DNA of 64,000 nt from Lama guanicoe (Eukaryota), in assembly GCA_013239625.1 (NCBI GenBank), contig MU054925.1, positions 1,806,829-1,870,828 of the forward strand. The letters are read 5' to 3'. The notes beneath the pieces were generated by a model. It made no database searches and was not told the DNA's origin. It saw only the letters and a list, made by a program, of their open reading frames with translations. Shown piece by piece: positions 1-10,407 of the stretch. Numbering within the stretch: position 1 is the first letter of the stretch; the number at the start of each line of letters is the position of its first letter. Both the position numbers and the translations under genes were made by a program.

Positions 1-1684
1 TTCAAAGCCCTGGGTTCCAACCCCATATGCCTGCTTCCTTTCTGGGTGTCTGGGTGACTCTGCCTCTCTGGGTCTCAGGCTTGCAGCTTTGAAATAGGAC
101 AGACCCAGAGGCAACTACCCAGCTTACCTCCCTCACTTATAACTTACCTCTGAGGGCACAGACCACTGAGGGCTGGGAGAGTAACAGGCCTGAGGGAATC
201 CCATCTTCCAGGTGTGGGCAAGGGTAGCAGATGGCCTAGTCTCTACTGGAGCTACAAGAGAAGTTGCTAGACAGTTCGACTGGCTTAGCCTCCACCCCAG
301 CCCATGCAGAGACCAGACAATAGGTCTATTCACAAGGACTAGAACCCAAGGCCTTGGTTGGCATATGACGCCTTAGGGTGAAGGGCTGGGCTGGAAGAGA
401 GGGCAACATCAGAGCTGGTGGGGTGAAGGGCTGCTTATAGCTATGGAGAGTTCCAGCCAGCTGCCCTGCAGGCCCCATGAGGCCCTCAGGGGCCCACCTG
501 CCTGGCCCACCTCTCAAAGGGGATTAAAACAATGGACAAGAAATAGTTACAGTGACAGCTGCCGTGCTGCCAGGTTGAACTGTCTCAGACTTTCCTCCGT
601 ATCACCTCAAATAAACCCTCCTGGGGCCCCCCTGTCCCCTCTGAGAGATGTGCTGTCACTGTTTCATAGCTGAGGAATCTTCTGAGGTTTAGTGAGTTTG
701 CGGGAAACCCCCCAAAACCAAGTACACAGAACATGATGCACTTGTGTGCATCACTTGAGGGAAGGTGGGGGTAAAAGCAGGATGTGGGGGATGTGCTCAC
801 CAGGACTAGACCTTCAGCAATCTCCTCTACCTTGAGTCTCAGAAGTGGGAGCCCCAGCCTGCTGCCCCAGATTGTCCATTGGAATGACCCCTTGGGCAAC
901 TGGCTGTGTGGCCTGCCTAAGCTGGGGAGGGGGCCCCACACCCTGCAGTCAAAGGTGGGGAGGACACATTCACCAGGAGAGGATGTTGAATTCCTGGCAA
1001 AGCTCCAACCTGCTTTATATTAAAACTGGTCTAACAGGTTGGCATGAAAGGGCTGCCCAGGCCTGCACGGGCTCCACTTCTTCTGGAGGAAGAGGGCCTT
1101 TGTGAGGTCCCCAGAATCCTCCTGTCTTCTTGGTCAGGACTTATTTCAGGCTCTTTGCCCTTCTACTTCACTGTGGGCCAGGTGTGCAGGGTGGGAGAGT
1201 TCCCATCTAAGAGTGGAGCCAGCCCAGCCATGACCCCTGCCCTATTCAGACCTTTCTTTGGCTCTGATCCAGCAGGATTTGCTCAGTTGGCAGATTAGAA
1301 GCTGGACACAGGTACAGGGGCCCTGATGATTCAGGGAGTGTTAGGACATTCCGTGATCATAAGTAAAGCATCCCAGCAAGACCTTTCATTGATTGACAAG
1401 AGAAACCTGGATAGCCTAGTGCCTCTGTCCCAGAGTCTTTCTAGAGGGACATCGTGAGTTCAAGGTGGGACACCACACAGGATCAATCTCTAAATCCACC
1501 TACCCTTGGTCTGGCAGAATCCTCCAGGGCCCAGCCCCTAGCCCTAACTCCTGCCCCCTCATCTGGAAAGCCCTCCTGAATCATCCCACCCCTTCTGCAT
1601 GCCCCCAGGGCATTGTGAGTGCCAAGGCTTTAGCATGCCAGCCCCTGGGAGGCAGAGCAGAGCAGCAGTTACACAAACAACGTC

Positions 1685-1830
1685 CTGAGTCAGGGTTTGA
1701 ACCCCAGCTCTGTCCCTCACAAGCTGTGTGATCCTGAAAAAGCCACAGTTTCTCTCTCTGAGTCTTACTTACCTCTTCTGCTGTAAATGGGGACAACCTC
1801 TGCTGGTGTGGAAGGCTGCAGTGAGAACTT
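1685..1830 (+). mobile_element. MIR SINE
   Basis: GGGTTTGAACCCCAGCTCTG..GCTGTGTGA..CTCTCTGAG..TGTAAATGGGGA core. Confidence 0.6.
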
Positions 1831-2099
1831 AATGGGGCACGAACCCCACCCAGATCACCTAGTTGCAGCCCTCGCCTCCTCCACTCTCCACCACACCCTA
1901 TTCTGCCATATCCCATACCTCTCAACCTCCTTTCTGGGCTCCAGCCCCCAGGCCCTCATTAGGCCATCCCCATTCAGCTAACAGGTTCACCCCTTAGAAA
2001 TGAGTATCAGATCATAGCATTTCCTTTCTAAACTCTGAAGAAATGCTCCACCACACCAGAACACAGTCCATGTGCTCCCTCTGCCCTCTCCACCCATCC

Positions 2100-2530
2100 T
2101 GTCTCTTCAGCTCTCCTGGGCAGCCATCCCAGACTTCTTACTCCTGATCTTACCAGGTTTGTTCTTGCTTCGGGGCAGTTCCCTGGCAGCTCCTTCCACC
2201 TGGATATCCTTTCTCTAAGTTGTCTGCATAACCAGCTCCTGCTCTTTGTTTGGATGTCCAGGATCAGTGCCACCCTGCTCCAGAGCTTTCCCCAACCCTC
2301 TCATTTGCGGCAATGTCCCCACCACCCAAAGCCACTCTCTTCCCTGCCCCTTGCTTTGCTTTCATTTCACTCTCAAAACCTGTCCTGAGTGCCCATTTGT
2401 CTACTTGTTTATTATCTGTCACCCACCAGCCCATGAGCCCCACAAGGTTGAGGAATGTGTCCATCTTGTTCCCTGCTGTGACCCCAGGGCCTGGGTGAAG
2501 TCTGGCCTAGTTGGTGCCCAAAGAGCACGT
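2100..2530 (+). mobile_element. L2 LINE 3' fragment
   Basis: CCCATGAGCCCCACAAGG..TGTCCATCTTGTTCCCTGCTGTGACCCCAGGGCCTGG..GGTGCCCAA pattern. Confidence 0.6.
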
Positions 2531-4371
2531 GCACTGGGAAAGGATTTAATTGGTAATGGGTTACCACCAGTTATTGTTTGTATGTGGTATCTTTCTTCCC
2601 AGCCAGTGTGTGCTCCTTTCACCAGCCCAGAACCACCCAGGGGTGACTGCAGTGACCAGAGGATTTTCAGCATCTGTTAGTCTGGGTCTCTGACTTGGGG
2701 CTGGGGCCCAATGACATGCCTTCCACTAATCCTGTTCTAGGCAGGCATCACTCACTCCCCTGATAGGTAAACGTGAAAAGAAGACTGAAGCAGAAAAATC
2801 TTGCAGATCAGAAGTAGCTGCCAGCTCCTCCTTAGGCAAGAGCTAGACCCTGGCTTGGGCTAAGGTGAGGATGAGGGGGATAGGACCCTGTTGTCTAGGC
2901 CACTGGTTCCAGAGACCTTAGCAGGTCTTAGCAGGCAGGGACACAGGGATAAAACCAGCATTCAAGAACAGCTTGCCTGAAAGCTGCCCCCCAGCCGCCT
3001 GTCTTTGCTGCCTCCTGTAGTGCAGGGACAGGTGGGTAGTCGGGATCCTGAAGGGTTAGCTCTGTTCTTTGCCTCACCTCCTCAGACAGTCCCCTGCCCC
3101 CTCTGGGCCTCAGTTTCCTCAACTGTGGAGTATGGGTAATGTTTAGACACTCCCAGGGTTGTGGTGAACATGACATAAAGTGCAAAGCCTTTGTCCATTG
3201 CCAGCACCCGGCGGGCACCCTGAGACATCTCCCTTCTGTGGACAACAAAGGGCTTCCTCCTGCTCCAGCAGCTTTTTGTCTGGGCCATGGCACCAGGTGG
3301 GAAATAGCCTGCCTTTGACTGCTCTGTGTCCACTACCCCACTACTGGTACTTGATCTGGGGGTGGAGCAGACAGAGGGGTCACCTCAGGCATTCTGGGAG
3401 TCACCAAGGGGCTGAGATCCAGGCTGAAACAATGAGGAACCAAAGACATCACTGGCAGGGCCATGGTGACCTGGAGGAGGGCTGCTGTCGGGCCCTGCAG
3501 CCAGCAACAAAGTGCCAGGCAGGACATGTGGGCCTGGGCCCCACTCCCAGTACAGAGAGCCCTCACCCACCTCTCACTCACTCTTACCCAGTAGCAGGTC
3601 CTTTCTTGGCCACAAATATCTCCATGCCTTCAAGGTCCTATGCCTCCATAGTTCTTGCTTTTTATCCTTTCCTGCCTCCTCCTTATCAACATGTCACTCC
3701 TCACACCTTCCTGCTTCCAACCTGCCAGCATTTGCCTCTTCTCAGCTGTAACTTCTAATTGCCTAGAGGCTAAGAAAATAGAAAGGTTAGAACTATTTCT
3801 AAACTAAGTGTTAAAAGGCTATGAATGAGGTTCAGAGGAGCTTTCCTGTGAGGTACTCAAGTAAAGGGGCAGAAAATTTCAGGACATAGTGGGATTCCAG
3901 GTGCTGAAGTGCTCCAAGATCAGACCATCAGACAATGGAGAGTGTTTACATTTTAGTTGCTCTTCCACCTACTTCTGGTGTCCAGGACCCTGAGTGTGAG
4001 AAGAGAGTCCTCAAACCCCAGCCAGCTGGGCCCAAACCCCATCACCACACCTCAGGTCAGATTCTGCCAGCTTACTGGCCACCATCCCCAACTCAACTGT
4101 CTGCAGCGCTGCACAGAATGACCCTTCCCCAGGCCTCCTTGTGGTTGGGAATATGAGCTTCCCAGTCATGCCCTGGTGCCTTTGCACTCCCTGTAAAGTG
4201 ACTGGCCCTGACTTCTCTGACTGTTGGCCTCCTCATCTCAAAAGACACTGGCCCCTGGAGCTGTCCATAGCACCCATTCCCCCCAGAATTCTCCACTTTG
4301 TCTTTAATTGACATCTCCTGTCTGTACCTCTATCAGGTCTGATGCTCCTCTGCCACCACCCCAAACCTGGA

Positions 4372-4397
4372 CCCTGCCCTAACCCTAACCCTAACCC
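4372..4397 (-). repeat. Short telomere-like (TTAGGG)3 tract / G-quadruplex motif
   Basis: + strand CCCTGCCCTAACCCTAACCCTAACCC; - strand GGGTTAGGGTTAGGGTTAGGGCAGGG. Confidence 0.85.
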
Positions 4398-4654
4398 TGC
4401 AGGCAATCCAACTGGCCTTTACCTCCTGCCTCCCACCCTCCAGAGGGAACAAGAGGGAAGGAGTGGAGAAAGGCCATTCCCTGCCCCCTCCACTCTTCAG
4501 TGGTCCACTAGCAGGGCTGCTCAGCCACATAGGTCTCCGGGCCTCTGCTGACCCAGATATAAAGTGGGGGATAACAATAATAAGATTGAAGGGGACAAAC
4601 TGTGCAGAACTCAAAAGAGGCCCCACTGAGGGCTCTGTAAGTGAAAGATACAAT

Positions 4655-4660
4655 TTTATT
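4655..4660 (-). terminator. CISH polyadenylation signal AATAAA
   Basis: TTTATT on + about 1 kb after the stop. On - it is followed by a U/GU-rich tract (CTCTTTTGAGTTCTGCACAGTTTGT). Confidence 0.8.
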
Positions 4661-5209
4661 GTCGTTACAGAAAAATCAGTGAAAAAAAAAAGACTACCAA
4701 ACTGTTTTTCAAAGTAATAATCACTTTATAAATTCTTCTCAGATATGTATTTCTTTTCCTCTCTCACGTGCAGGTACCTTCCTGGGCAGGAAACAGACCC
4801 AGAAGAACTGGAGCAGCAGCTCTCAAAGTAGCATGTCCTCCCCACCAGCCCAGTACCCGCACTCATGCAGGGCCTATGCCCCAGCGAGACCAGCTCTGTG
4901 CAGGCAGGGCTCTGCCCTGCGAGGGGGTGAGCAGCCAGCTCTGTTGGGCTCTAATGCCTTGGCTCCATTTTCTTGTCCATTTGCCCAATCTCCCAAAACA
5001 AGGTTGGGGGCAGAAGAGAGTGGACACTTTCACAGGGGGTGGGGCAGCGCCAGGACATCCAGGACTGCCTTGGGTCCAGCAACACATCTCAGAATGGGGC
5101 TCTCCACCAGGAGGAGCTGGAGAAGCTGGGGCAGGGCTGGGGTCTCTGGAGCACTCAGGGCTCAGGGCAGAGAGGTATGGTTGGCTCACGCTGAGATCAA
5201 CCCAAGGAG

Positions 5210-5225
5210 AATAAATAAATAAATA
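5210..5225 (-). promoter_or_regulatory. AU-rich element in CISH 3' UTR
   Basis: mRNA reads UAUUUAUUUAUUUAUU: three overlapping AUUUA pentamers, including UUAUUUAUU nonamers. Confidence 0.75.
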
Positions 5226-5697
5226 CTGTATAACTGTGCAGTCCTTCAGCCTGGCCTGCTCTCCCATCAGGGGACTGTCACTGTTGACCTCAGTTCCTCT
5301 GGCTCCCATCCTCCCTGAGACAGAGGCTGGCTGGAAGGAGGGGGCCTGCCCCACTCTGTGGACTGAGAAACCAGGGCCAGCCAAGTCTATGCAGTTCAGG
5401 AGGCCACAGTAGGGAAGTGGGAGCCTGGGCCCAGCCCACAGGGTGAAACGAGGTCCTGCCTGTCTCCCTGTCTTCTGACAGATGGCCCACCACAATGGCT
5501 GCTGACCTCCAAGTCATGTGACACTTCCCCCTACCCCTGGCCCCAAGCTTTGCTCCTGCTGACTCTTCCTGGTCCAGCTGCCAGATGCATGCAGGCACCA
5601 GGATGACTGGAGGAGGGATAGTGGGAGCCCAAGTCCAGCTAGGGCCGGCATCCCCTCTAGGATCTGGCTGGGTGAGGCTAGGCGATGCCTGGACAGG

Positions 5698-6221
5698 TCA
5701 GAGCTGGAAGGGGTACTGTCGGAGGTAGTCAGCCATGCGCCGGGGCAGTGGGAGGCAGTCCACGTCAGCCACCAGACGGTTGATGACGAGGCGGCACAGG
5801 TGCTGCAGGCTTCGGGTACTGCTTCTGCGCACAAAGGGCTGCACCAGTTTTAGGTGCACAGCAGTAGCAGGCAGTGCTGGGTCACCAGGCACATCTTCCT
5901 TAGGGGTAGACAGAGCCGGGGTAGGTGCAGGGTCAGGACTGTCGCTTCGGGTATCTGCAGCACAGGAGGCCACATAGTGCTGGACAAGGCTGACCACATC
6001 TGGGAAGGCCAGGATGCGCGGCCTGGACAGGCAGTTGGAGTCCAGGCGGAAGCTGGAGTCTGCATACTCAATGCGCACGTTGGTGGGGCCGCGGGTGGTT
6101 TTGACAGACAGTGTGAACAGGTAGCTGGGGTGGGTGCTGTCGCGTACTAGGAATGTGCCCTCTGGCATCCTCTGCAGGTGTTGCCGGGCCTCGCTGGCCG
6201 TAATGGAACCCCAATACCAGC
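5698..6221 (-). CDS. CISH: CISH coding exon 3 (SH2 domain, PEST-like insert, SOCS box, stop)
   Basis: Acceptor TAG at 6224-6222. Reads (G)[28 protein letters not shown]...[38 protein letters not shown] with TGA at 5700-5698. The three exons total 20+221+524=765 nt, i.e. 254 aa plus stop. Confidence 0.98.
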
Positions 6222-6456
6222 CTAGGCAAGTGTAGAGGGGGCAAGAAAATGGTCACAGTGGAAATTAGCTGGGGGCACCAACCCAGGGCAGGGCAAGGCT
6301 CAGCTTCTCCCTTCATATGTCCCTAGGGAGGGCTGTACCTCCCCCATCAGACTCTTCTGGGCAGGGCCATGTCTCTCAAATTAGACTCAAAAGGCAGAAC
6401 TAAACTTCTCCTATCAGACTTTCCAGGACAAGGCCTGTCTTCCTCCTCAGACTCAC

Positions 6457-6677
6457 CAGATTCTCGAAGGTAGGAAAAGGTCTTGGCTATGCACAGCAGA
6501 TCCTCCTCAGGGTCCAGAACCTTGGGCTCACTCTCTGACTTGGCTTGGGTCTCGTCGGCTGCCTCCTCCAGGAAGGCGCCAGCAGGCAAAGGCTGCATAG
6601 CTGGTTCGGGCAGCTCCAGGGACTGGGCCCACAGAGGCCGCTGCCCGATCTGCTCCACAGCCAGCAAAGGACAAGGT
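6457..6677 (-). CDS. CISH: CISH coding exon 2
   Basis: Acceptor TAG|ACCTTGT, donor TCTG|GTGAGT. Encodes [23 protein letters not shown]...[15 protein letters not shown], in phase with exons 1 and 3. Confidence 0.97.
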
Positions 6678-6944
6678 CTAGAAGAAGGTAGATGGGCAGT
6701 GAGTGGAGGCCCTGTGTTCTCCCTATTTCCAGGGATCCCCTATGCCCCAAACTGGCACATGACCTCCTTCCAGTCTGTCTCACTATGAATCCCAGTTTCT
6801 CCTCTGCCCACCCATGGGCTCAATGAGACCAGTACCCCACTTCCCACTTGTCATCACTAAAGGCACCTTGATTACTTTCCCCACATATGAGCCCTCTTTT
6901 GAAAGAGACTTCTCCGCCCTCCCACATTTATTAAACAGTAATTA

Positions 6945-7124
6945 CAATCGTCCCTCAGTATTCATGGGGACTGATTCCAGTTTGTGGGGACTGATTCCAG
7001 GAGCTGCTGTGGATACCAAAATCTGCTGATGCTCAAGTTCCTTATATGAATGGCATGGTACACTGAACACATGGGGCCCTCTGTATCCATGGGTTTCACA
7101 TCTGCCACTATGGAGGGCCAACTG
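6945..7124. mobile_element. TcMar-Tigger MITE (MER2/Tigger3-like) in CISH intron 1
   Basis: Flanked by TA on both sides (6943-6944, 7125-7126). Imperfect TIRs CAATCGTCCCTC / GAGGGCCAACTG. Internal GGATACCAAAATC..GATGCTCAAGT resembles the MER2 5' end. Confidence 0.75.
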
Positions 7125-8607
7125 TAATCTCTGTATTTTGGACCAACCAAATACACAGATCATTCCCTATATGCCTTCTATATGCCTTTTTAGCTCACAG
7201 TGGCCAGTTGGTGTCTCCACCACACTGATAGGATTCAATGCAAAGAGGCCTTACAATGGTGCTCTACTGGCAGTGGTGGGCTTATTAAATGGCACTAGTC
7301 CTGGTTGAGCCAAGGGATGGGCCTGTGCGGGGTCCTCCAAGAGGCCCCAAGATTATGGTAGGATGTCTGAGGTCACATGTGACCTCTCCAATGATAAGAG
7401 TATCTGTTGGAGGGACCTAGGTCCACACTAACCAGGGCTTAGAGGCCAGAATAGTCTCCCCAAACAGATCAGACTCCCATCCTTTTCTCTGTTCCTCCAG
7501 CTGAGGGTCTGGGGTAGACAGTAGCCTCTAAAGGTGCTGGCAAGTCCCACCTCCCATAAACACAAGCTGCCACTGAAGGGCAGGGTGCTCGTTCCACCTT
7601 CTGGATCGCACCCTGACAAGCCTTCCCTACCAGGCACTAGATCGTATACAAACCTTGCTCTTCCCTAGACCTCAGCTTCTCTACCCGTGCCCCACCCCTC
7701 TCCATGAGGGTTCCTAGCAGCCCAGACACTGAGGGGTTTGGCCGCATTATATTCTCAGATGGCTAGAGTTGGGTTGTTGAGCTGGCTGCAACTGGAGCAG
7801 TAGCTTCCCTTTAGGGGAAACCCACCCAGCATGGTGATCCTGGGGCTTCCTGGGAGTGAGGGGCATGGTCCTGGTTCCCAAGGAAGACTGCTTGTCCTCT
7901 CCTCGTCACAAAATCCTTAGGCCTAAGTTCTGGGTCTGGTCCCTTGCTGGATCTCAGGACACCAAGGTAATGAAACCCTGGGCCCTGCCCTAAAGGAGAA
8001 CTAACAATCCAAAGTCATAAAAGCAAAGAATGTCATGAGGAAGTCAGGGTCTGCCTGCTCCTGTGCTGAGTTTGCTAGGCCAAAGGGAGGAGTAGTGGGG
8101 AAGGGACTGCAGGCAGAAATGATGGCATGGGTAAACACTGCCAGGTATTGCCTATGAGGCAGGAAGAGGTGGGCAGGAGCCGACAGCAGGAGCCAGACAC
8201 AGGAACCAGATCTGGCAGTGTAGGTTATAGGTGACTCTTAGAAAATTTGAACAAATCAGGGCCCCATGATCACTTTGAGGAGAAGGGGCCCCAAGAACCT
8301 GGCACACCACAGCCTGCTAATACTTCTCCACCCCGACTCCCACTGCACTACAGAGCCCTGGAATCCCTTTTGGGGAGCTGGAGGCTGAGTTCCGAGGAAC
8401 TGACTGGTGGCCTGCCTGCTGGGATCCAGGGCTCAGCTCAGGCCCAGGAGACTTCTCGAAGTAGGGTAGGCTGCTAGTTGGTCATGCCAGATGGAGCCCC
8501 CGGAGTTTAGCAGGGCACATGTGAATGTGGGTACCTCTAGGGCCAACATGGTGTCTGGGTGTGTGAATGGCTGTATTGGTCACCACAAGCTCCTGGTGAG
8601 TGTATAT

Positions 8608-8682
8608 CTGGGAGGGGTGTGTCCACAGCTGTGTCATCATCATGGTGGGGGCGGTGGCTGGTGTGTTCCAGGTGTGGGTGGC
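8608..8682 (-). pseudogene. Decayed orthologue of the human CISH isoform 1B alternative exon (pseudo-exon)
   Basis: 8671-8609 translates to LEHTSHRPHHDDDTAVDTPLP, matching the recalled human 1B N-terminus MYLEHTSHCPHHDDDTAMDTPLPR. No in-frame ATG, and the donor position reads AG|AT. Confidence 0.7.
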
Positions 8683-10025
8683 CTGTACATGTGTGTGCCT
8701 GCTATGGAGCTCAGCCTGTGAGTTCTGCCTGGGGACCAAGCCAATGAGGGCAAACAGCCCTGAGGGGGGATCCTTCAGCAAAGCCGACAACCCAGACCTA
8801 CAGTTGAGAATCCCTGCTCCCTTCCTCCGGAGGGCACCAGCTGGTCTGTGGCTGTGTGTGTATGTGTAGGTCTTAAAAATCTCACTCCCTGACACCCAGC
8901 ATCTGAGGTTCCAAGGGCATCTTCAGCTGGAGCAAAGTGAAAGAGAGGGTGGGACCCCAGAATTGGGGGGTTCCTGAAAACAAAGGCAGTGGGGGTGTGG
9001 GAAGGTGTTCTAGAATCCCAAAATTCAGAGAGGAGGAAGGGAGATACTGGAGACAATTAAGGAGAAATACTGAATTATGTCCAGTCTTCCTATCACCTCC
9101 AGGACTCCTCCCTGGAAACAGGACTGCTCAGAACAAGGGGTACTTGAGCCTCGCTCCACCTTCCACCCTTCCTCATTTGGTACCATGCCAGTTTTGATAA
9201 CAGCAGCCACTGGGCCACTGAGCTTTCCCTGTCTGTGGAGCACCCACTCACATCTTTCTCTCTCCCTGGAGCTTTCTGAGCTCCTGTCAGATCAGTCTGG
9301 AGAGCATCAGACCCCTTGGTTGAAGGGGTCCCTGAGGCTCTGGGCAGAAAGAACGTGCTAAGAATGCTTAGCTGAGGCCAAGAGGTCTTATCAGTGCCCA
9401 CCCCCGCAAGTCTTTGGGAAACTTGGAGAAAGCGGGGCAGAAGCCAAGTTCCTTCTCACACTGGGATCCCAGACTGGGCTGAGAGGAGGGGTGAAGCTAT
9501 TGTGGGGGTGCCCCAGACAGGACGGGGCTAAACCTAGGCTCTCCCAAGAGCTGCTTGTTTAGCAGGTGCCACCCTGAGGAGAGTCAAGGATTTCAGGCTG
9601 GCTTCTCCAGAAGAGCCTAATTGCTAGCAGGAGAGTTGATGACAGGACAGAGAGGGGCAGGGGCTGGCCCAAGGTCACCAGTATGCCAGCAGGCCAGAGT
9701 AGAGCTTTCTGGGCCCAGAAGGGGGTCTGGGCAGGTGAGCCAAGTCTTGAAGTCCGCGCTGCCTGAGGCGTCTACCTGCTCCGGCCTGAACCCCAGCTTA
9801 GCCTACCCTGTGTTTCTCCCGTCGCCAGTCGACCCTCAGTTTCCCTACCCACGGTGCGAGTAGAGGTGGTGACGATGTTGTCACCCCTCCCTATTGTCAC
9901 TTCCGAGGTCTTTCCGGCGCTTTCTGACCCGTCAGGCTCTCTTAATACTCGGCACCTAGCACGGAGGCCAGTACCCTGCCTTGTGCCAGCTCGGAGGCTG
10001 GGCGGGGGCGAAGAACAGCGCTTAC

Positions 10026-10045
10026 CCCTGAACGCAGAGGACCAT
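10026..10045 (-). CDS. CISH: CISH coding exon 1 (start codon, MVLCVQG)
   Basis: Minus strand reads ATG GTC CTC TGC GTT CAG GG|GTAAG, the known CISH N-terminus. Phase 2 matches exon 2. Confidence 0.96.
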
Positions 10046-10264
10046 GTCCCGGCAGCGGCAGCGGCAGCTCCGGAGCTGGGGCTCGGCCAGACGGCGGTGG
10101 CTGGAGAGAGCGGGTCGCGCTCGCAGGTCTGGGTCCCGGGGCGCACGGGCGGCGGGCAGGGACTGAGAGGTGGCGGTGCGGGCGGGCCAGAAGGGAGGAG
10201 GGGGCAGGCCGGGAGGGCGGGGCGGGGCGAGCAGCCTAATCTTTTGTCCTCTGTGTTCCAGCCC

Positions 10265-10290
10265 TTCCCGGAAGCGATGTCTTCCTAGAA
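10265..10290. promoter_or_regulatory. Proximal pair of STAT5 GAS motifs
   Basis: TTCCCGGAA (10265-10273) and TTCCTAGAA (10282-10290). The CIS promoter is known to carry four STAT5 sites in two pairs. Confidence 0.9.
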
Positions 10291-10387
10291 CCGCCGGCTG
10301 TGCGGCCCGGCGGGGAGAGGTGCGGGCAGAGGCGTCGGCTCCCTAGTCTTGGGCCGAGGGCCGCTGAAGGAAACACCTTTGACAGAT

Positions 10388-10407
10388 TTCCAAGAACTTT
10401 CCAGGAA
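10388..10407. promoter_or_regulatory. Distal pair of STAT5 GAS motifs
   Basis: TTCCAAGAA (10388-10396) and TTCCAGGAA (10399-10407). Confidence 0.9.

Larger units (their letters stand above)
4635..5697 (-). other. CISH: CISH 3' UTR (3' end approximate)
   Basis: Lies between the stop codon and the AATAAA at 4660-4655, and contains an AU-rich element. Confidence 0.8.

Noticed and set aside
1-4300. Possible HEMK1 exons, expected upstream by synteny
   Set aside because: No methyltransferase-like peptide was recognised in any listed frame.
6347-6667. 106-aa ORF as a separate gene
   Set aside because: It is CISH exon 2 read on into intron 2.
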